Part shown: piece by piece, positions 1-13,115 of the stretch
Numbering within the stretch: position 1 is the first letter of the stretch
How the letters are laid out: every line of letters begins with the position of its first letter
Origin: Chthoniobacteraceae bacterium
GTDB taxonomy: Bacteria > Verrucomicrobiota > Verrucomicrobiia > Chthoniobacterales > Chthoniobacteraceae
Length of the DNA: 64,000 bases
Direction of reading: 5' to 3'
Assembly (NCBI GenBank): GCA_031409655.1
Contig: JANNXQ010000127.1
Coordinates: 51,497-115,496, forward strand
Notes under the pieces: model-generated
Told to the model about the DNA's origin: nothing
Database searches by the model: none
What the model saw: only the letters and a program-made list of their open reading frames with translations
Made by a program: the position numbers and the translations under genes

Positions 1-344
1 GGCTTGAAATACGAAGGGGCCAGCGCACTCACGGCCACCGCCCCGAGTTCCTGAGCCTGCGCTGCGAGAACTCGCGAGTCCGCGAGGCAATTTGAGCCCA
101 CATGCACGATCACCTTGAGCGCAGAACGGCGGGTCACCTCAAGCCAGCGCCCGCACAATGCACGACGTTCCTCCAGCGTCAGCGAACTGCTCTCACCGGT
201 GGTGCCGCCGATAAAAGCGTGACCAACTCCGGTGCTCTGCAGATGAGTTGCCTGTTGCTCGACGATGGTGAGATTGAGCGAGCCATCGGGATAGAACGGA
301 GTGTGAGTGGCAGCGGCGAGGTCTTGGATGCGGTGTGTCTTCAT
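1..344 (-). CDS. Dihydrodipicolinate synthase / N-acetylneuraminate lyase family protein (runs off left edge)
   Basis: Manual translation (not in ORF track): MKTHRIQDLAAATHTPFYPDGSLNL...FIGGTTGESSSLTLEERR...VIVHVGSNCLADSRVLAAQAQELGAVAVSALAPSYFK. Has the GTTGE motif. AAGAAGGGG lies just upstream of the ATG at 344. Confidence 0.9.
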   Translation of the reverse strand, partial: MKTHRIQDLAAATHTPFYPDGSLNLTIVEQQATHLQSTGVGHAFIGGTTGESSSLTLEERRALCGRWLEVTRRSALKVIVHVGSNCLADSRVLAAQAQELGAVAVSALAPSYFK

Positions 345-498
345 GAGTTACCCCTTCTTTAAGGCAGAAGTCTCCCAATCCAGGCCAACGAATTACCGGT
401 TGTTTTTGCGGACATGGGTCCGCCCCAGCGTCGCGCTGCGCAGAAAGGTCGGCTGGCAGCAGGTTCTCGGCATTTTTGGACGGGACTGCATTCAGTGG

Positions 499-1875
499 TC
501 AGTCCGTCGGCAGCGCGTCGCGGTCGCCCTTGGAGAGCTGGTTCATTTGCGCGCGCAACGCCGCGACATTCTCCGGCATCTTCGCGGCGAGGTCGGCGGT
601 TTCGTTAGCGTCGGTGGCGAGGTTGTAAAGCTCGGCGGATTCGGCGGGAGGCTCGTCGCCTGGCTTCGCCCCACCTTTGCGGGCGACGATGAGCTTCCAG
701 TCGCCATCGCGCACCGAGCGGGCGTTGAAGTTGGGGCCCACGGTGTAAATCGTACGCGGCGGCACCGGCTCCGCGCCCGTGAGTTGCGGCCAGATATTTT
801 TGCCGTCCCACTTCAGATCCCGCTCCGGCACATAGCCCGCGAGCGCGCAGAAGGTCGGCATCCAGTCGCTGATGTGCGCGACGCCTGCAAACTTACCGGG
901 CTTCAACTGGCCCGGAAACGAAACGAGCGTCGGCCCGCGAATACCGCCTTCATACACTTGCCCCTTCTGTCCGCGCAGCGGACGATTATTACCCACGAGT
1001 TTGCCGGTGGGGCAGTGGTCATCGGGATAGTGCAGATCGTTGTTCTCGGAGGTGTTGCCGCCGTTGTCGCTGGTGAAGACCACGATCGTGTCCCCACGCC
1101 GGCCTTTCTTTTCCACGGCGGCCAGGATGCGGCCGACGGCATCGTCGAGATGCATGACGGATGCTCCGTAGTGCCGCGCCACCTCGCCCTGGACCGCGGA
1201 CGGCACCCGCGCGACCCACTCCTCCGGTTCCTTCAGCGGCAGATGCACCGCGGTAAAGGGCAGGTAGAGGAAAAACGGGGCCTCGCCGCGCGCCTCGATC
1301 CAGCGGATGGCCTCAGCAGCGATGAGGTCGGTCGCGTGGCCCGTCTCCTCGACGAACTTTTCATTGCGATGCCAGGTGCGGCTGAATGCACCCTCCTTAT
1401 ATCGGTGATTCCACGGGCTCACGCCGCCTGCAAGCGAGCCGTAGCTGTGGTCGAAGCCAAAGTGATTTGGCCCCTGCTCCGGCACTGAGCCGAGATGCCA
1501 CTTACCCATGAGCGCAGTATCGTAACCCACGGACTGGAGGGCCCGCGGGAGCGTGACGGTGTCCCAGCGATACGCGCGGTGGTTCTGCGGAGTCGTGACT
1601 CCGAAGCGTGTCGCATAGCGGCCACTGAGCAAGGCCGAGCGTGTCGGACTGCAAACGGGATAGACGTAATGCTGCGTCAACTCCATCCCCTCTTCTGCGA
1701 GCCGGTCGAGATGCGGCGTGGGCACATTACCCCGGTGAAACGCCACGTCCGCCCAGCCGAGATCGTCAGCCATGATAAAAACGAAGTTGGGTTTGGTAGT
1801 AGATGGGGCGGCTCGGAGCGTTGCCAGCGGACCCACCAGCAGGGCAGCAACGAGAGTAATGTGAGTTGGGTTCAT
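499..1875 (-). CDS. Arylsulfatase (Cys-type, secreted)
   Basis: Signal peptide; PNFVFIMADDLG, CSPTR, GKWHLG, SDNGG and YEGGIR motifs. Confidence 0.95.
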   Translation of the reverse strand: MNPTHITLVAALLVGPLATLRAAPSTTKPNFVFIMADDLGWADVAFHRGNVPTPHLDRLAEEGMELTQHYVYPVCSPTRSALLSGRYATRFGVTTPQNHRAYRWDTVTLPRALQSVGYDTALMGKWHLGSVPEQGPNHFGFDHSYGSLAGGVSPWNHRYKEGAFSRTWHRNEKFVEETGHATDLIAAEAIRWIEARGEAPFFLYLPFTAVHLPLKEPEEWVARVPSAVQGEVARHYGASVMHLDDAVGRILAAVEKKGRRGDTIVVFTSDNGGNTSENNDLHYPDDHCPTGKLVGNNRPLRGQKGQVYEGGIRGPTLVSFPGQLKPGKFAGVAHISDWMPTFCALAGYVPERDLKWDGKNIWPQLTGAEPVPPRTIYTVGPNFNARSVRDGDWKLIVARKGGAKPGDEPPAESAELYNLATDANETADLAAKMPENVAALRAQMNQLSKGDRDALPTD

Positions 1876-1881
1876 TGATGC

Positions 1882-4806
<2,925 letters not shown>

Positions 4807-4816
4807 GGCGCAGATG

Positions 4817-6235
4817 TCAGGCGAGAATGCTCTTGAGCACATGCCCATGCACGTCGGTGAGGCGGCGGTTCGCGCCGTTGTGGTAATAGGTCAGCTTCTC
4901 GTGATTGAGGCCGAGCAGGTGCAGCACGGTGGCGTAGAAGTCATAGACCGTGGCCACATCGACGACGGAGCGGCGGCCGAAGTCGTCGGTCTCGCCGTAG
5001 CTCACGCCGCCTTTCACGCCCGCGCCCATCATCCAGGTGGTGAAGGCATCGGGATTGTGGTCGCGCCCGCTGGTGCCCTCCTGATGCGTGGGCATGCGGC
5101 CAAACTCGGTGCACCACACGACGAGCACGTCGTTCAACATGCCGCGCTGTTTCATGTCGGTTAACAGCGCCGCCGTCGGCTGATCGAAGATGGGACAATG
5201 CCGCTCGTAGTCGGCCTTCAGCGTCTTGTGCGCGTCCCAGTTCAGAAGGCCGTCCACGGCGCTCGCACGCGATGCGCAGTAGAGCGAGACGTAGCGAACG
5301 CCTTGCTCCAGGAAGCGGCGGGCGAGCAGGCAATTCTTCGCGTAGTCGGCCTTGAGCTTATTGCGGTCGGTGGTGCCGTAGAGTTCGTGAACGTGCCCGG
5401 GTTCGGCGGAAAGGTCGCTCACTTCCGGTGCGGTGAGCTGCATCTTCGCGGCGAGTTCATACGCGGCCATGCGGGCGCGGAGTTCGTCATTGCCGGGATG
5501 CGCGGCGGCGTGCTCGGCATTGATGAGCTTCAGGAAATCGCGCGTCGCCTGTTCATCGTCGGCCTTGATGGAAGCGGGTCGCGCGAGGTTGCGCAGCGGC
5601 TGCTGCGCGGCCATCGACACCGCTTGATACTGCGCGGAGAGAAAGCCGTTGCTCCAGTTCGCCTTGCCGTTCGGCGGTTCGCCGCGCACGTCCTGAATCG
5701 CGATGTAAGTCGGCAGGTTCTCATTCGTCGAACCAAGCGCATAGCTGACCCACGAACCCGCGCTGGGGAAGCCCTCGCGGGTGAAGCACGAGTTCATGTA
5801 GATGCAGCCCGGCCCGTGGGTGTTCGTGCGCGAAGTCATGCTGTGGATGATAGCCATGTCGTCCACATGCTTCGCCATGTGCGGCAGCATCGTGGAAATC
5901 ATCTTCCCGCTCTGCCCCGCCGGAGCAAACGGCCACGGCGACATCATGAGGTTGCCGTTCTTGCCCTGAAACGTGACCTCCTTGTCCGCTCCCGGCATCG
6001 GCGTGCCGTGAAACTTCTCCAGCATCGGCTTGTGGTCCCACAGGTCCATGTGCGACGCCGCACCGGGGCAGAAAATCTGCAACACTTGCTTCGCCTTCGG
6101 TGCAAAGTGGGGCTGGCCCAGCGGTGCGGCAGCGAGTTCGTCGGTGAACAGACGCGAGAGCGCAACGCCGGTGAGGCCGGTGGTCATCTGGCCGAGGAAG
6201 TGACGACGGGTGAAGGAATCGAGGAGGGGGTTCAT
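4817..6235 (-). CDS. DUF1501 protein with Tat-like signal
   Basis: MNPLLDSFTRRHFL; PHFAPKAKQV, WDAH, TEFGRMP, GRDHNP and RLTDVHGHV motifs; sits directly upstream of the PSD1 gene, the usual pairing. Confidence 0.93.
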   Translation of the reverse strand: MNPLLDSFTRRHFLGQMTTGLTGVALSRLFTDELAAAPLGQPHFAPKAKQVLQIFCPGAASHMDLWDHKPMLEKFHGTPMPGADKEVTFQGKNGNLMMSPWPFAPAGQSGKMISTMLPHMAKHVDDMAIIHSMTSRTNTHGPGCIYMNSCFTREGFPSAGSWVSYALGSTNENLPTYIAIQDVRGEPPNGKANWSNGFLSAQYQAVSMAAQQPLRNLARPASIKADDEQATRDFLKLINAEHAAAHPGNDELRARMAAYELAAKMQLTAPEVSDLSAEPGHVHELYGTTDRNKLKADYAKNCLLARRFLEQGVRYVSLYCASRASAVDGLLNWDAHKTLKADYERHCPIFDQPTAALLTDMKQRGMLNDVLVVWCTEFGRMPTHQEGTSGRDHNPDAFTTWMMGAGVKGGVSYGETDDFGRRSVVDVATVYDFYATVLHLLGLNHEKLTYYHNGANRRLTDVHGHVLKSILA

Positions 6236-6385
6236 GGCGAGCGACAATAGTGAGTGGTCGGAAGTGATCGTCCGGAAGCAAGGACCGTCGGCACGAATCA
6301 CCGTTTCAGCGCGGCGATCTTAGTGGAGTAGCGGGTCCACGCGGCAGCAGCGTGTCGCCCCTCGCGGATCGAGGCGGCGTCAGGC

Positions 6386-6904
6386 TCAGCGACCCGGCCT
6401 GCGATCCGCGCGCTGTTCCGCGGGCGAGGTGCTGGCGGAAGAATGGTCCGGAGTGGAGAAATAGTGCCGCTTGATCGGACGGAACAGCCCGGCTGCATCT
6501 GGCTGCGGGATTTCGGCTGGAGGTGGGGACTCGGCGATTGGGAATTCCCGGCGCGAGCTCTCGATATCCTCGCTTGCCTTCGCCTGGAAGTTGGAAAGTT
6601 CCCGAATGCTGCCTTCGATCAAGCCCTTGAGGATGGAGCGGGCTTCGTCGGAGAGGTTGGGGTTGTGCCATTCATCTAACATCTCCTGCATGACAGCATC
6701 GAAGTCCCCCATCGCTTTCTCGGCATCTTCCATCTGGACTTCGAGGGATGCCGGTTCCTCTTTTATGCCTTTCATCATCGCTTCGAAATCCAAGGTGGAG
6801 GCATCCTCCGGGGAGCTGGTTTTTGCTGGAAGTGGCGGGATGGGAGTCCCGCAAAAAAGTTGCCGAATTCGCGCGAGGAGGAGTGCGGTAAAGCGCTGTT
6901 TCAT
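6386..6904 (-). CDS. Hypothetical protein (acidic, helical)
   Basis: ORF from MKQRFTALLL; protein-like composition; no recognisable motif. Confidence 0.5.
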   Translation of the reverse strand: MKQRFTALLLARIRQLFCGTPIPPLPAKTSSPEDASTLDFEAMMKGIKEEPASLEVQMEDAEKAMGDFDAVMQEMLDEWHNPNLSDEARSILKGLIEGSIRELSNFQAKASEDIESSRREFPIAESPPPAEIPQPDAAGLFRPIKRHYFSTPDHSSASTSPAEQRADRRPGR

Positions 6905-7112
6905 AGCGGGTGGGGTAGTTTTCTTTGGGTTGGGCCTTTGGTCGGCGAAATTTCCAGCGGCGAGAGTAATTAATGAAATAGTACTCGGGCGTGAAGGCAG
7001 TTCAAGTGACGCGAACGAGCACCCTTGCGGCGGCTCTCTGGGCAGCAATGGACGAAGGCTAAGAGGCGCGGGTAACTTTCCTCCTCTCCGCTAAACCGAT
7101 CCCGGCACTGCG

Positions 7113-8312
7113 TCAGGGCTTGTAGTAAGGCCCTAGGTGCTCGAGCACGCGGGCGCGGAGTGCTTCGCCGTCCACACTGCCGGTGTGCCGCCAGATGATG
7201 CTGCCGTCGGGCGCCACGAGCACGCTGTGCGGGATGCCGCCGGGCCACTCGGGATCGAGCGCGTTCATCAGCTCCTTGGTGTCCGTCCCGGTGAAGAGGT
7301 AACTATTCGTGGTGCGCCCTTCGGCGGCGAGCGAGGCCTTTAACTTCCCGACCAAACCTGCGCCTTGTTTTTCGAGAAACGCTTTCACCTTTGCCGCGTC
7401 CGAGGCCTCGTCGGTGCTGATGGTGATGAGTTCAAAGTCGCGCAGGCCAAACTTCCGCGAGGTGGTGACCAACTCCGGAAATTCGGCCACACAGGGCGCG
7501 CACCACGTCGCCCACACGTTAAAGAGGCGCACTTTCTTAGTCCCGTTCTTCCGCAGCGCGGTGACGCCCGCGAGGTCGATCTTCTCCACGTCCACGGGTG
7601 TGCTGTTCCACTTTTCGGTCTTCTCGGCGACGGAGGATTTCTTGGTCATCCACTTTGTCGAGCAGCCGTGTGGCTTCGTGATCGCGACGGGCACTGGCTG
7701 GCCTGCGAGCAAAGCCTCGACGGCCACACGTGCGTCCTGGGTCTTGACCGTCGCGGGATCGGCATACTTGGAATCATCGAACTGACCTTTGTAACGGAGC
7801 TTTCGCCCCGCATCGAAGATGAAGATGTGCGGTGTCGCGAGGCAGCCATAGGCCTTGGAGACAGACTGCGTCTCGCCATCGTAAAGGTAAGGAAAAGTGA
7901 AGCCGGATTCCGCGGCATACTTCTTCATGTCGTCAAAGCCGTCGTTGTACTTCGAGTAACCCAACTCATCGATGCTCAGGCCGTCGGGATTGTTCGGATT
8001 GATGGCGATGAGCGCCACGCCTTGGTCCTTCGTATCCTGGAGGAGCTTCTTGATCCGCTCTTCAGCGGCGTGGGAGTCGGGGCAGTGATTCGATAGGAAG
8101 GCGACGACGAGGATCTTCGCGTCTTGGTAGTCGGCGAGCGCGTGCGTTTTGTCGTCGATGCCCGGCAGCGAGAAATCCGGCGCGGCGTCGCCGATGGCCA
8201 GATCGCGGGCATCGCCCGGAAGGGCGCTTTTGGCGGGCTTCGCGGAATCGGCGGCGCGCAGAGATGCGGAGCACGCGAGGAGGACGAGGAGGCTGAGCTT
8301 GAGCAGGTTCAT
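7113..8312 (-). CDS. Secreted two-domain redoxin (AhpC/TSA-like + TlpA-like thioredoxin)
   Basis: Signal peptide MNLLKLSLL; APDFSLPGID..NHCP..GCSTKW followed by NVWATWCAPC. Confidence 0.9.
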   Translation of the reverse strand: MNLLKLSLLVLLACSASLRAADSAKPAKSALPGDARDLAIGDAAPDFSLPGIDDKTHALADYQDAKILVVAFLSNHCPDSHAAEERIKKLLQDTKDQGVALIAINPNNPDGLSIDELGYSKYNDGFDDMKKYAAESGFTFPYLYDGETQSVSKAYGCLATPHIFIFDAGRKLRYKGQFDDSKYADPATVKTQDARVAVEALLAGQPVPVAITKPHGCSTKWMTKKSSVAEKTEKWNSTPVDVEKIDLAGVTALRKNGTKKVRLFNVWATWCAPCVAEFPELVTTSRKFGLRDFELITISTDEASDAAKVKAFLEKQGAGLVGKLKASLAAEGRTTNSYLFTGTDTKELMNALDPEWPGGIPHSVLVAPDGSIIWRHTGSVDGEALRARVLEHLGPYYKP

Positions 8313-8503
8313 GGGAGCGATGGAACTTGCTGGTCGTAGCACGTTCGCGGAGAGCGCAGGAGTTCTTTTGCATGGAGTCGCGGAGAGATCTCCCATTCCG
8401 AAGTGTTTTTCCTTGTCCGAATCGCCACGGTCAGTGCCGTTAGAGGCGTCCGAGGTTTCGCTTCGGTCCCTTGCCCGCCCCGATTCGTCCTTTTCCTCCA
8501 CCC

Positions 8504-10399
8504 ATGAATCTCTCCCGCCGCTTCCTCCTCAAACTTGCCGCGCTCTTCACCTGGCGCGGGCCTTCCACCTGGCTCCACGCTGCTGAAGCCGCGAATCCGC
8601 AGCCCTTCGGTGCGGAGTTTCCGAATCTCGATTCGCTCGCGGTCGGCGAGTGGTGGAGCAAGAAGTCGCGGGAGAAGAATCCGCCTCCTTCGCTCGATGT
8701 GCCGCGCGAAGACGTCGTCGCATTTGCCCTCTACACGCAGGATCGCGGCGTGCTGAAAATGACGGCCCAGCTCTATCCGCTGAAGCCGGGCGAGGAACTC
8801 GCGGCGCGGCTGGAGGTGCGGCGCGACGGGCAGTGGCAGGAGATTTCCAAGACGCCCGTGGTGCTGCCGGGCTGGAGCGCGCATTTTCGCGTGGAAAAAT
8901 GGGATGCGAGCAAGGACGTGCCGTATCGCGTGCGGCATGGGGAGAAGGCCACGTTCGAGGGGCTCATCCGGCGCGACCCGATCGACAAGGACGAGATCGT
9001 CGTCGCGAACATGTCGTGCAACAGCAGCCGCACGACGGGCGAGCGGCCCGAGATCATCGCGCATCTGCGGGCGCAGAATCCCGACCTGCTTTTCTTTGCG
9101 GGCGATCAGACCTATCGGCACACGGAGCACACCGCGGGGTGGATCGAATTCGGGCTGCAATTCCGCGATGTGATGCGCGACCGACCCACGATCTCGATCC
9201 CGGACGATCACGATGTCGGGCACGGAAATCTGTGGGGGGAAAATGGCAAGCGTTCGACGATCCAGGGAGATGCCGACGGGGGTTACCGCTATCCGGTCGA
9301 GTATGTGAATCAGGTCCAGCGGCAGCAGTCGTGGAATCTGCCCGATCCCGTGGATCCCGCGCCCGTCGAGCGCGGGATCAGCGTCTATTTTACGCGGCTG
9401 CGCGTCGGTGGCGTGGACTTCGCGATCCTCGAAGATCGCAAGTTCAAGAGCGGCCCTGCCGGCAAAATCCCACAGATGGGACCGCGCCCGGATCACATCA
9501 ATGATCCCAGCTACGATCCGAAGACCATCGACCTGCCTGGCCTGCAATTGCTCGGCGCGCGACAGGAGAAATTCCTGCACGAGTGGGGCCAGGACTGGAC
9601 CGGCGCGGAGATGAAAGCGGTGCTCTCGGCGACTGCTTTCTGCGGTGCCGTGCACATGCATGGCGGGCGCGAGCAGCGCCTGCTCGCCGATCTCGATTGC
9701 AACGGCTGGCCGCAGATGCCGCGCAACCGCGCGCTCGAATCCATTCGCCGCGCCTGGGCCGTGCATCTCTGCGGCGATCAGCATCTCGCCGTCGTGGTGA
9801 AAAATGGGATCACCGATTTCGGCGACGGCCCCTACGGCTTCACCAGTCCCGCGCTCGTGAACACGATCTACGGACGCTGGTGGCATCCGCTCGACGAAAA
9901 GCCCGGCCCGAATCCGGTGCCCGGCAGCCCGCTGCCGTGGACCGGCGATTTCAAGGACGGCCTCGGCAACAAAATCTCGATGCTGGCTTACGCGAATCCC
10001 GCCGACGTGAAGGACGAGAAGCAGCGCGCCGACGGCTACGGCCTCGCGCGCTTCCACAAGAAGACGCGGAAGATCACTTTCGAGTGCTGGCCGCGCTTTT
10101 CGGAAAAGGAGCAATTCCCCGGCTGGCCCATCACCGTGGCGATGGAGGCGAACGACGGGCGCAAGGTCGCGGGCCATCTGCCGGAGCTGATCTTCGAGGG
10201 AGCGGCGAGTCCCGTGGTGCAAGTGATCGAGGAAAAGAGCGGCGAGATTTTGTACACCGTCCGAGTGCAGGACGACCGCTTCCACCCGCGCGTCTATGCG
10301 CCCGGAAAGTACACCGTGAAAATCGGCCGCGATCGTCCCGATGGACAGACCCTCACCGGCCTCGAACCCGCGGACGCTGAACGGCGGATCAAAGTGTGA
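8504..10399 (+). CDS. PhoD-like metallophosphoesterase with Tat signal
   Basis: MNLSRRFLL; FAGDQTY, PDDHDV and CGDQH metal-binding motifs. Confidence 0.85.
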   Translation: MNLSRRFLLKLAALFTWRGPSTWLHAAEAANPQPFGAEFPNLDSLAVGEWWSKKSREKNPPPSLDVPREDVVAFALYTQDRGVLKMTAQLYPLKPGEELAARLEVRRDGQWQEISKTPVVLPGWSAHFRVEKWDASKDVPYRVRHGEKATFEGLIRRDPIDKDEIVVANMSCNSSRTTGERPEIIAHLRAQNPDLLFFAGDQTYRHTEHTAGWIEFGLQFRDVMRDRPTISIPDDHDVGHGNLWGENGKRSTIQGDADGGYRYPVEYVNQVQRQQSWNLPDPVDPAPVERGISVYFTRLRVGGVDFAILEDRKFKSGPAGKIPQMGPRPDHINDPSYDPKTIDLPGLQLLGARQEKFLHEWGQDWTGAEMKAVLSATAFCGAVHMHGGREQRLLADLDCNGWPQMPRNRALESIRRAWAVHLCGDQHLAVVVKNGITDFGDGPYGFTSPALVNTIYGRWWHPLDEKPGPNPVPGSPLPWTGDFKDGLGNKISMLAYANPADVKDEKQRADGYGLARFHKKTRKITFECWPRFSEKEQFPGWPITVAMEANDGRKVAGHLPELIFEGAASPVVQVIEEKSGEILYTVRVQDDRFHPRVYAPGKYTVKIGRDRPDGQTLTGLEPADAERRIKV

Positions 10400-10481
10400 C
10401 GGTGCTGCGGACCGCAAGTCCGCGCCATTTTGGTTTGTCCCAAAATCCACCCACTCGCGCCGTTACTGGAAGCATTCCCCC

Positions 10482-11804
10482 ATGCGCATTCTCAACTTCC
10501 TCCTGCTCCTCGCGATGAGCCCCGCTGCGGCCCTTGCGGCGGCAAAGCCAAACGTCCTCCTCTTCTATGTGGACGATATGGGTTGGGCGCAGCCGGGTTG
10601 CTTCGGAGGAAAACTCGCGCCGACGCCGAATATTGACGCGCTGGCAGCGGGCGGTGTGCGCTTCACCGATGGTTACTCATCCGGTTGCGTGTGCTCGCCG
10701 GGCCGCGTGGGTTTGCTCACCGGACGCTACCAGGCGCGCACCGGGCACGACGCGAATCCGAACCGCGCCGGCAAGGAACTGCTGCTCAGCGAGACGACGA
10801 TGGCGCAGCGGATGAAGGCGCTCGGCTACGCGACGGGCATCGTCGGCAAGTGGCACCTCGGCAACACCTCGCCGGAGTTTCTACCTGCCGCGCGAGGGTT
10901 CGATTTTTCCATGGGCACGGTCGGCAATCTGGGTGAAGGCAAAGGCCCGTCGTTCTATCGCGGCAAGGAACTGCTGCAGGAACTGCCCGGCGCGCCGGTC
11001 ACGTCACCGATCTACGCACGCGAGTCGCTCGCCTTCATCGAGGCGCACAAGGGCCAGCCGTGGTTTCTCCATCTCTCGTTCAATGCGGTGCATTCGCCGA
11101 TCGTCGCGTCACCGCATTGGCTGGAGAAGTTTCAGCACCTCGACAAACGCCAGCAAGCGTACGCCGCGCTCACGGCGGAAGCGGACGCGGCGATCGGCGC
11201 GGTCATGGCAAAGTTGCGCGAGCTGAAGATCGAGGAGAACACCCTCATCTTTTTCCTCAGCGACAATGGCGGCGCGTCGCCCCTCGCGGAGATGGGCGGG
11301 CTGCGCGGGCGGAAGTGGTTCGTCTGGGAAGGCGGCATTCGCGTCTCGTGGATCGCCGCATGGAAAGGCCGCATCCCCGCCGGGCGCGTCTCGCACGAGC
11401 CGGTCATCCAGCTCGACGTGCTGCCCTCCGCGCTCGCCGCGGCCGGCGGTGCAGTGAAACCCGAGTGGCAGCTCGACGGCGTGAATCTTCTCCCGCTGCT
11501 CGAAGGCCGGGCCGACCAGCTCGCGCCGCGCGCGCTCTACTTCCGCTTCGGCGTGCAATACGCCGTGCGCGAGGGCGACTGGAAACTCGTCAAGGCGTCG
11601 AAGGACATGACCCCGATGCTCGTGAACCTCGCCGCCGACCTCGGCGAGCAGACCGATCTCACTGCGCAGCAGCCGGAGAAAGCGCAGGCATTGCAAACGC
11701 GCTTCGATCAATGGAACGCCACGATGCAACCGCCGCGCTGGGAAGATCAGCGCTGGAACGGCGACCCGGAACGCAAGACCGCGAAGAAAGCTAAAAGGAA
11801 ATAA
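10482..11804 (+). CDS. Sulfatase (Cys-type)
   Basis: Signal peptide; KPNVLLFYVDDMG, CSPGR, GKWHLG, SDNGG and WEGGIRV motifs. Confidence 0.95.
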   Translation: MRILNFLLLLAMSPAAALAAAKPNVLLFYVDDMGWAQPGCFGGKLAPTPNIDALAAGGVRFTDGYSSGCVCSPGRVGLLTGRYQARTGHDANPNRAGKELLLSETTMAQRMKALGYATGIVGKWHLGNTSPEFLPAARGFDFSMGTVGNLGEGKGPSFYRGKELLQELPGAPVTSPIYARESLAFIEAHKGQPWFLHLSFNAVHSPIVASPHWLEKFQHLDKRQQAYAALTAEADAAIGAVMAKLRELKIEENTLIFFLSDNGGASPLAEMGGLRGRKWFVWEGGIRVSWIAAWKGRIPAGRVSHEPVIQLDVLPSALAAAGGAVKPEWQLDGVNLLPLLEGRADQLAPRALYFRFGVQYAVREGDWKLVKASKDMTPMLVNLAADLGEQTDLTAQQPEKAQALQTRFDQWNATMQPPRWEDQRWNGDPERKTAKKAKRK

Positions 11805-11811
11805 CCCATCC

Positions 11812-13107
11812 ATGAAAACACTCCTCACCACTCTCCTCGCCGTGGCCGTACTGAGCAGCCTCACCACCGCCGAGGCCGCCGTAGCCAAGCCGAACATCAT
11901 CTTCATACTCGCCGACGATCTCGGGATCGATGGCGTGAGCTGCTACGGCGCGGACAAGCACAAGACGCCGAACATCGACAAGCTCGCGGCGTCGGGCACG
12001 CGCTTCGAAACGTGTTACGCGGCGCCGCTCTGCGGCCCTTCTCGTTGTCTGCTGATGACGGGTCGCTACGCCTTCCGCACCGGCGGCATCACCAATGGTT
12101 CGTGGCGCGGGGATGGGCCGGGCGCGAAATCAAAGGACGAGTGGTCGATCGCGAAGGTACTCAAGCAGAGCGGATACGTGACGGGCGAGTCGGGCAAATG
12201 GCGGCAGGTCGGCGAGACGCCGCGCGATTGGGGCTTCGATGAATACTGCACGGACCCGACGGCGGGCGGCTGGTTTTGGAAGGATAGCTACGAGAAGAAC
12301 GGCGAGCAGGTCAGCGCGCCCGGCTCCTACAACCCGGACATCATTCAGGCGTTCAGCCTCGACTTCATCCGGCGGCACCAGAGCCAGCCGTTCTTCCTCT
12401 ACTACCCGATGCACCTCGTGCATGGCCCGATCCTCCGCACGCCGGACACGAAGGAAGGCAGCGACCTCTACAAGGATAACATCGCCTACATGGACAAGCA
12501 GGTCGGCGCGATCGTCGCGGAGGTGGAGAAGCTTGGGCTGCGCGAGAAGACGCTCATCATTTTCTCCGGCGACAATGGCACCGCACTCAATAACCCGAGC
12601 ACCATCGGCGGACGGATGATCAACGGGAAAAAGGCCTCGATGCTCGAAGGCGGATCGCGCGTTCCCTACATCGCGAGCTGGCCCGGCACGACGCCCGCGG
12701 GGAAGGTGAGCAAGGATCTCGTGAGTTTTGCGGATCAGCTTCCGACCTTCGCCGCGCTCGGCGGCGCGAAACTGCCGGACGGGGTGAAGATCGATGGCGT
12801 GAGCCTCGCGCCGCAGCTTCGCGGCGAAAAGGGCACACCGCGCGAGTGGGCTTACGTGCAGCTCGGTGCAAAGTGGTTTGTGCGAGAGCAGGGCTGGAAG
12901 ATGAATGAGAGCAGCGAACTCTTCGACATGAGCGATGCGCCCTTCGTCGAGAAGCCGGTCGCGCCCGCTGCCGACACCGACTTTAGCAAGGCCGCGCGGG
13001 CGCGGCTGACGGCGGTGCTCGCGGAACTCAATCCCGCCGGCGGCAAGACCGACGGAGCCGGTGGCGCGAAGGCGGGCAAGAAGCGGAAGAAGAAACAGCA
13101 AAACTAA
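11812..13107 (+). CDS. Sulfatase (Cys-type)
   Basis: Signal peptide; KPNIIFILADDLG, CGPSR, GDNGT and EGGSRVP motifs. Confidence 0.95.
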   Translation: MKTLLTTLLAVAVLSSLTTAEAAVAKPNIIFILADDLGIDGVSCYGADKHKTPNIDKLAASGTRFETCYAAPLCGPSRCLLMTGRYAFRTGGITNGSWRGDGPGAKSKDEWSIAKVLKQSGYVTGESGKWRQVGETPRDWGFDEYCTDPTAGGWFWKDSYEKNGEQVSAPGSYNPDIIQAFSLDFIRRHQSQPFFLYYPMHLVHGPILRTPDTKEGSDLYKDNIAYMDKQVGAIVAEVEKLGLREKTLIIFSGDNGTALNNPSTIGGRMINGKKASMLEGGSRVPYIASWPGTTPAGKVSKDLVSFADQLPTFAALGGAKLPDGVKIDGVSLAPQLRGEKGTPREWAYVQLGAKWFVREQGWKMNESSELFDMSDAPFVEKPVAPAADTDFSKAARARLTAVLAELNPAGGKTDGAGGAKAGKKRKKKQQN

Positions 13108-13115
13108 CCCACCGA

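Noticed and set aside
8430..8475. Degenerate 9-periodic repeat between the redoxin and PhoD genes
   Set aside because: Too degenerate, with no mirrored arm; cannot be distinguished from chance by eye.
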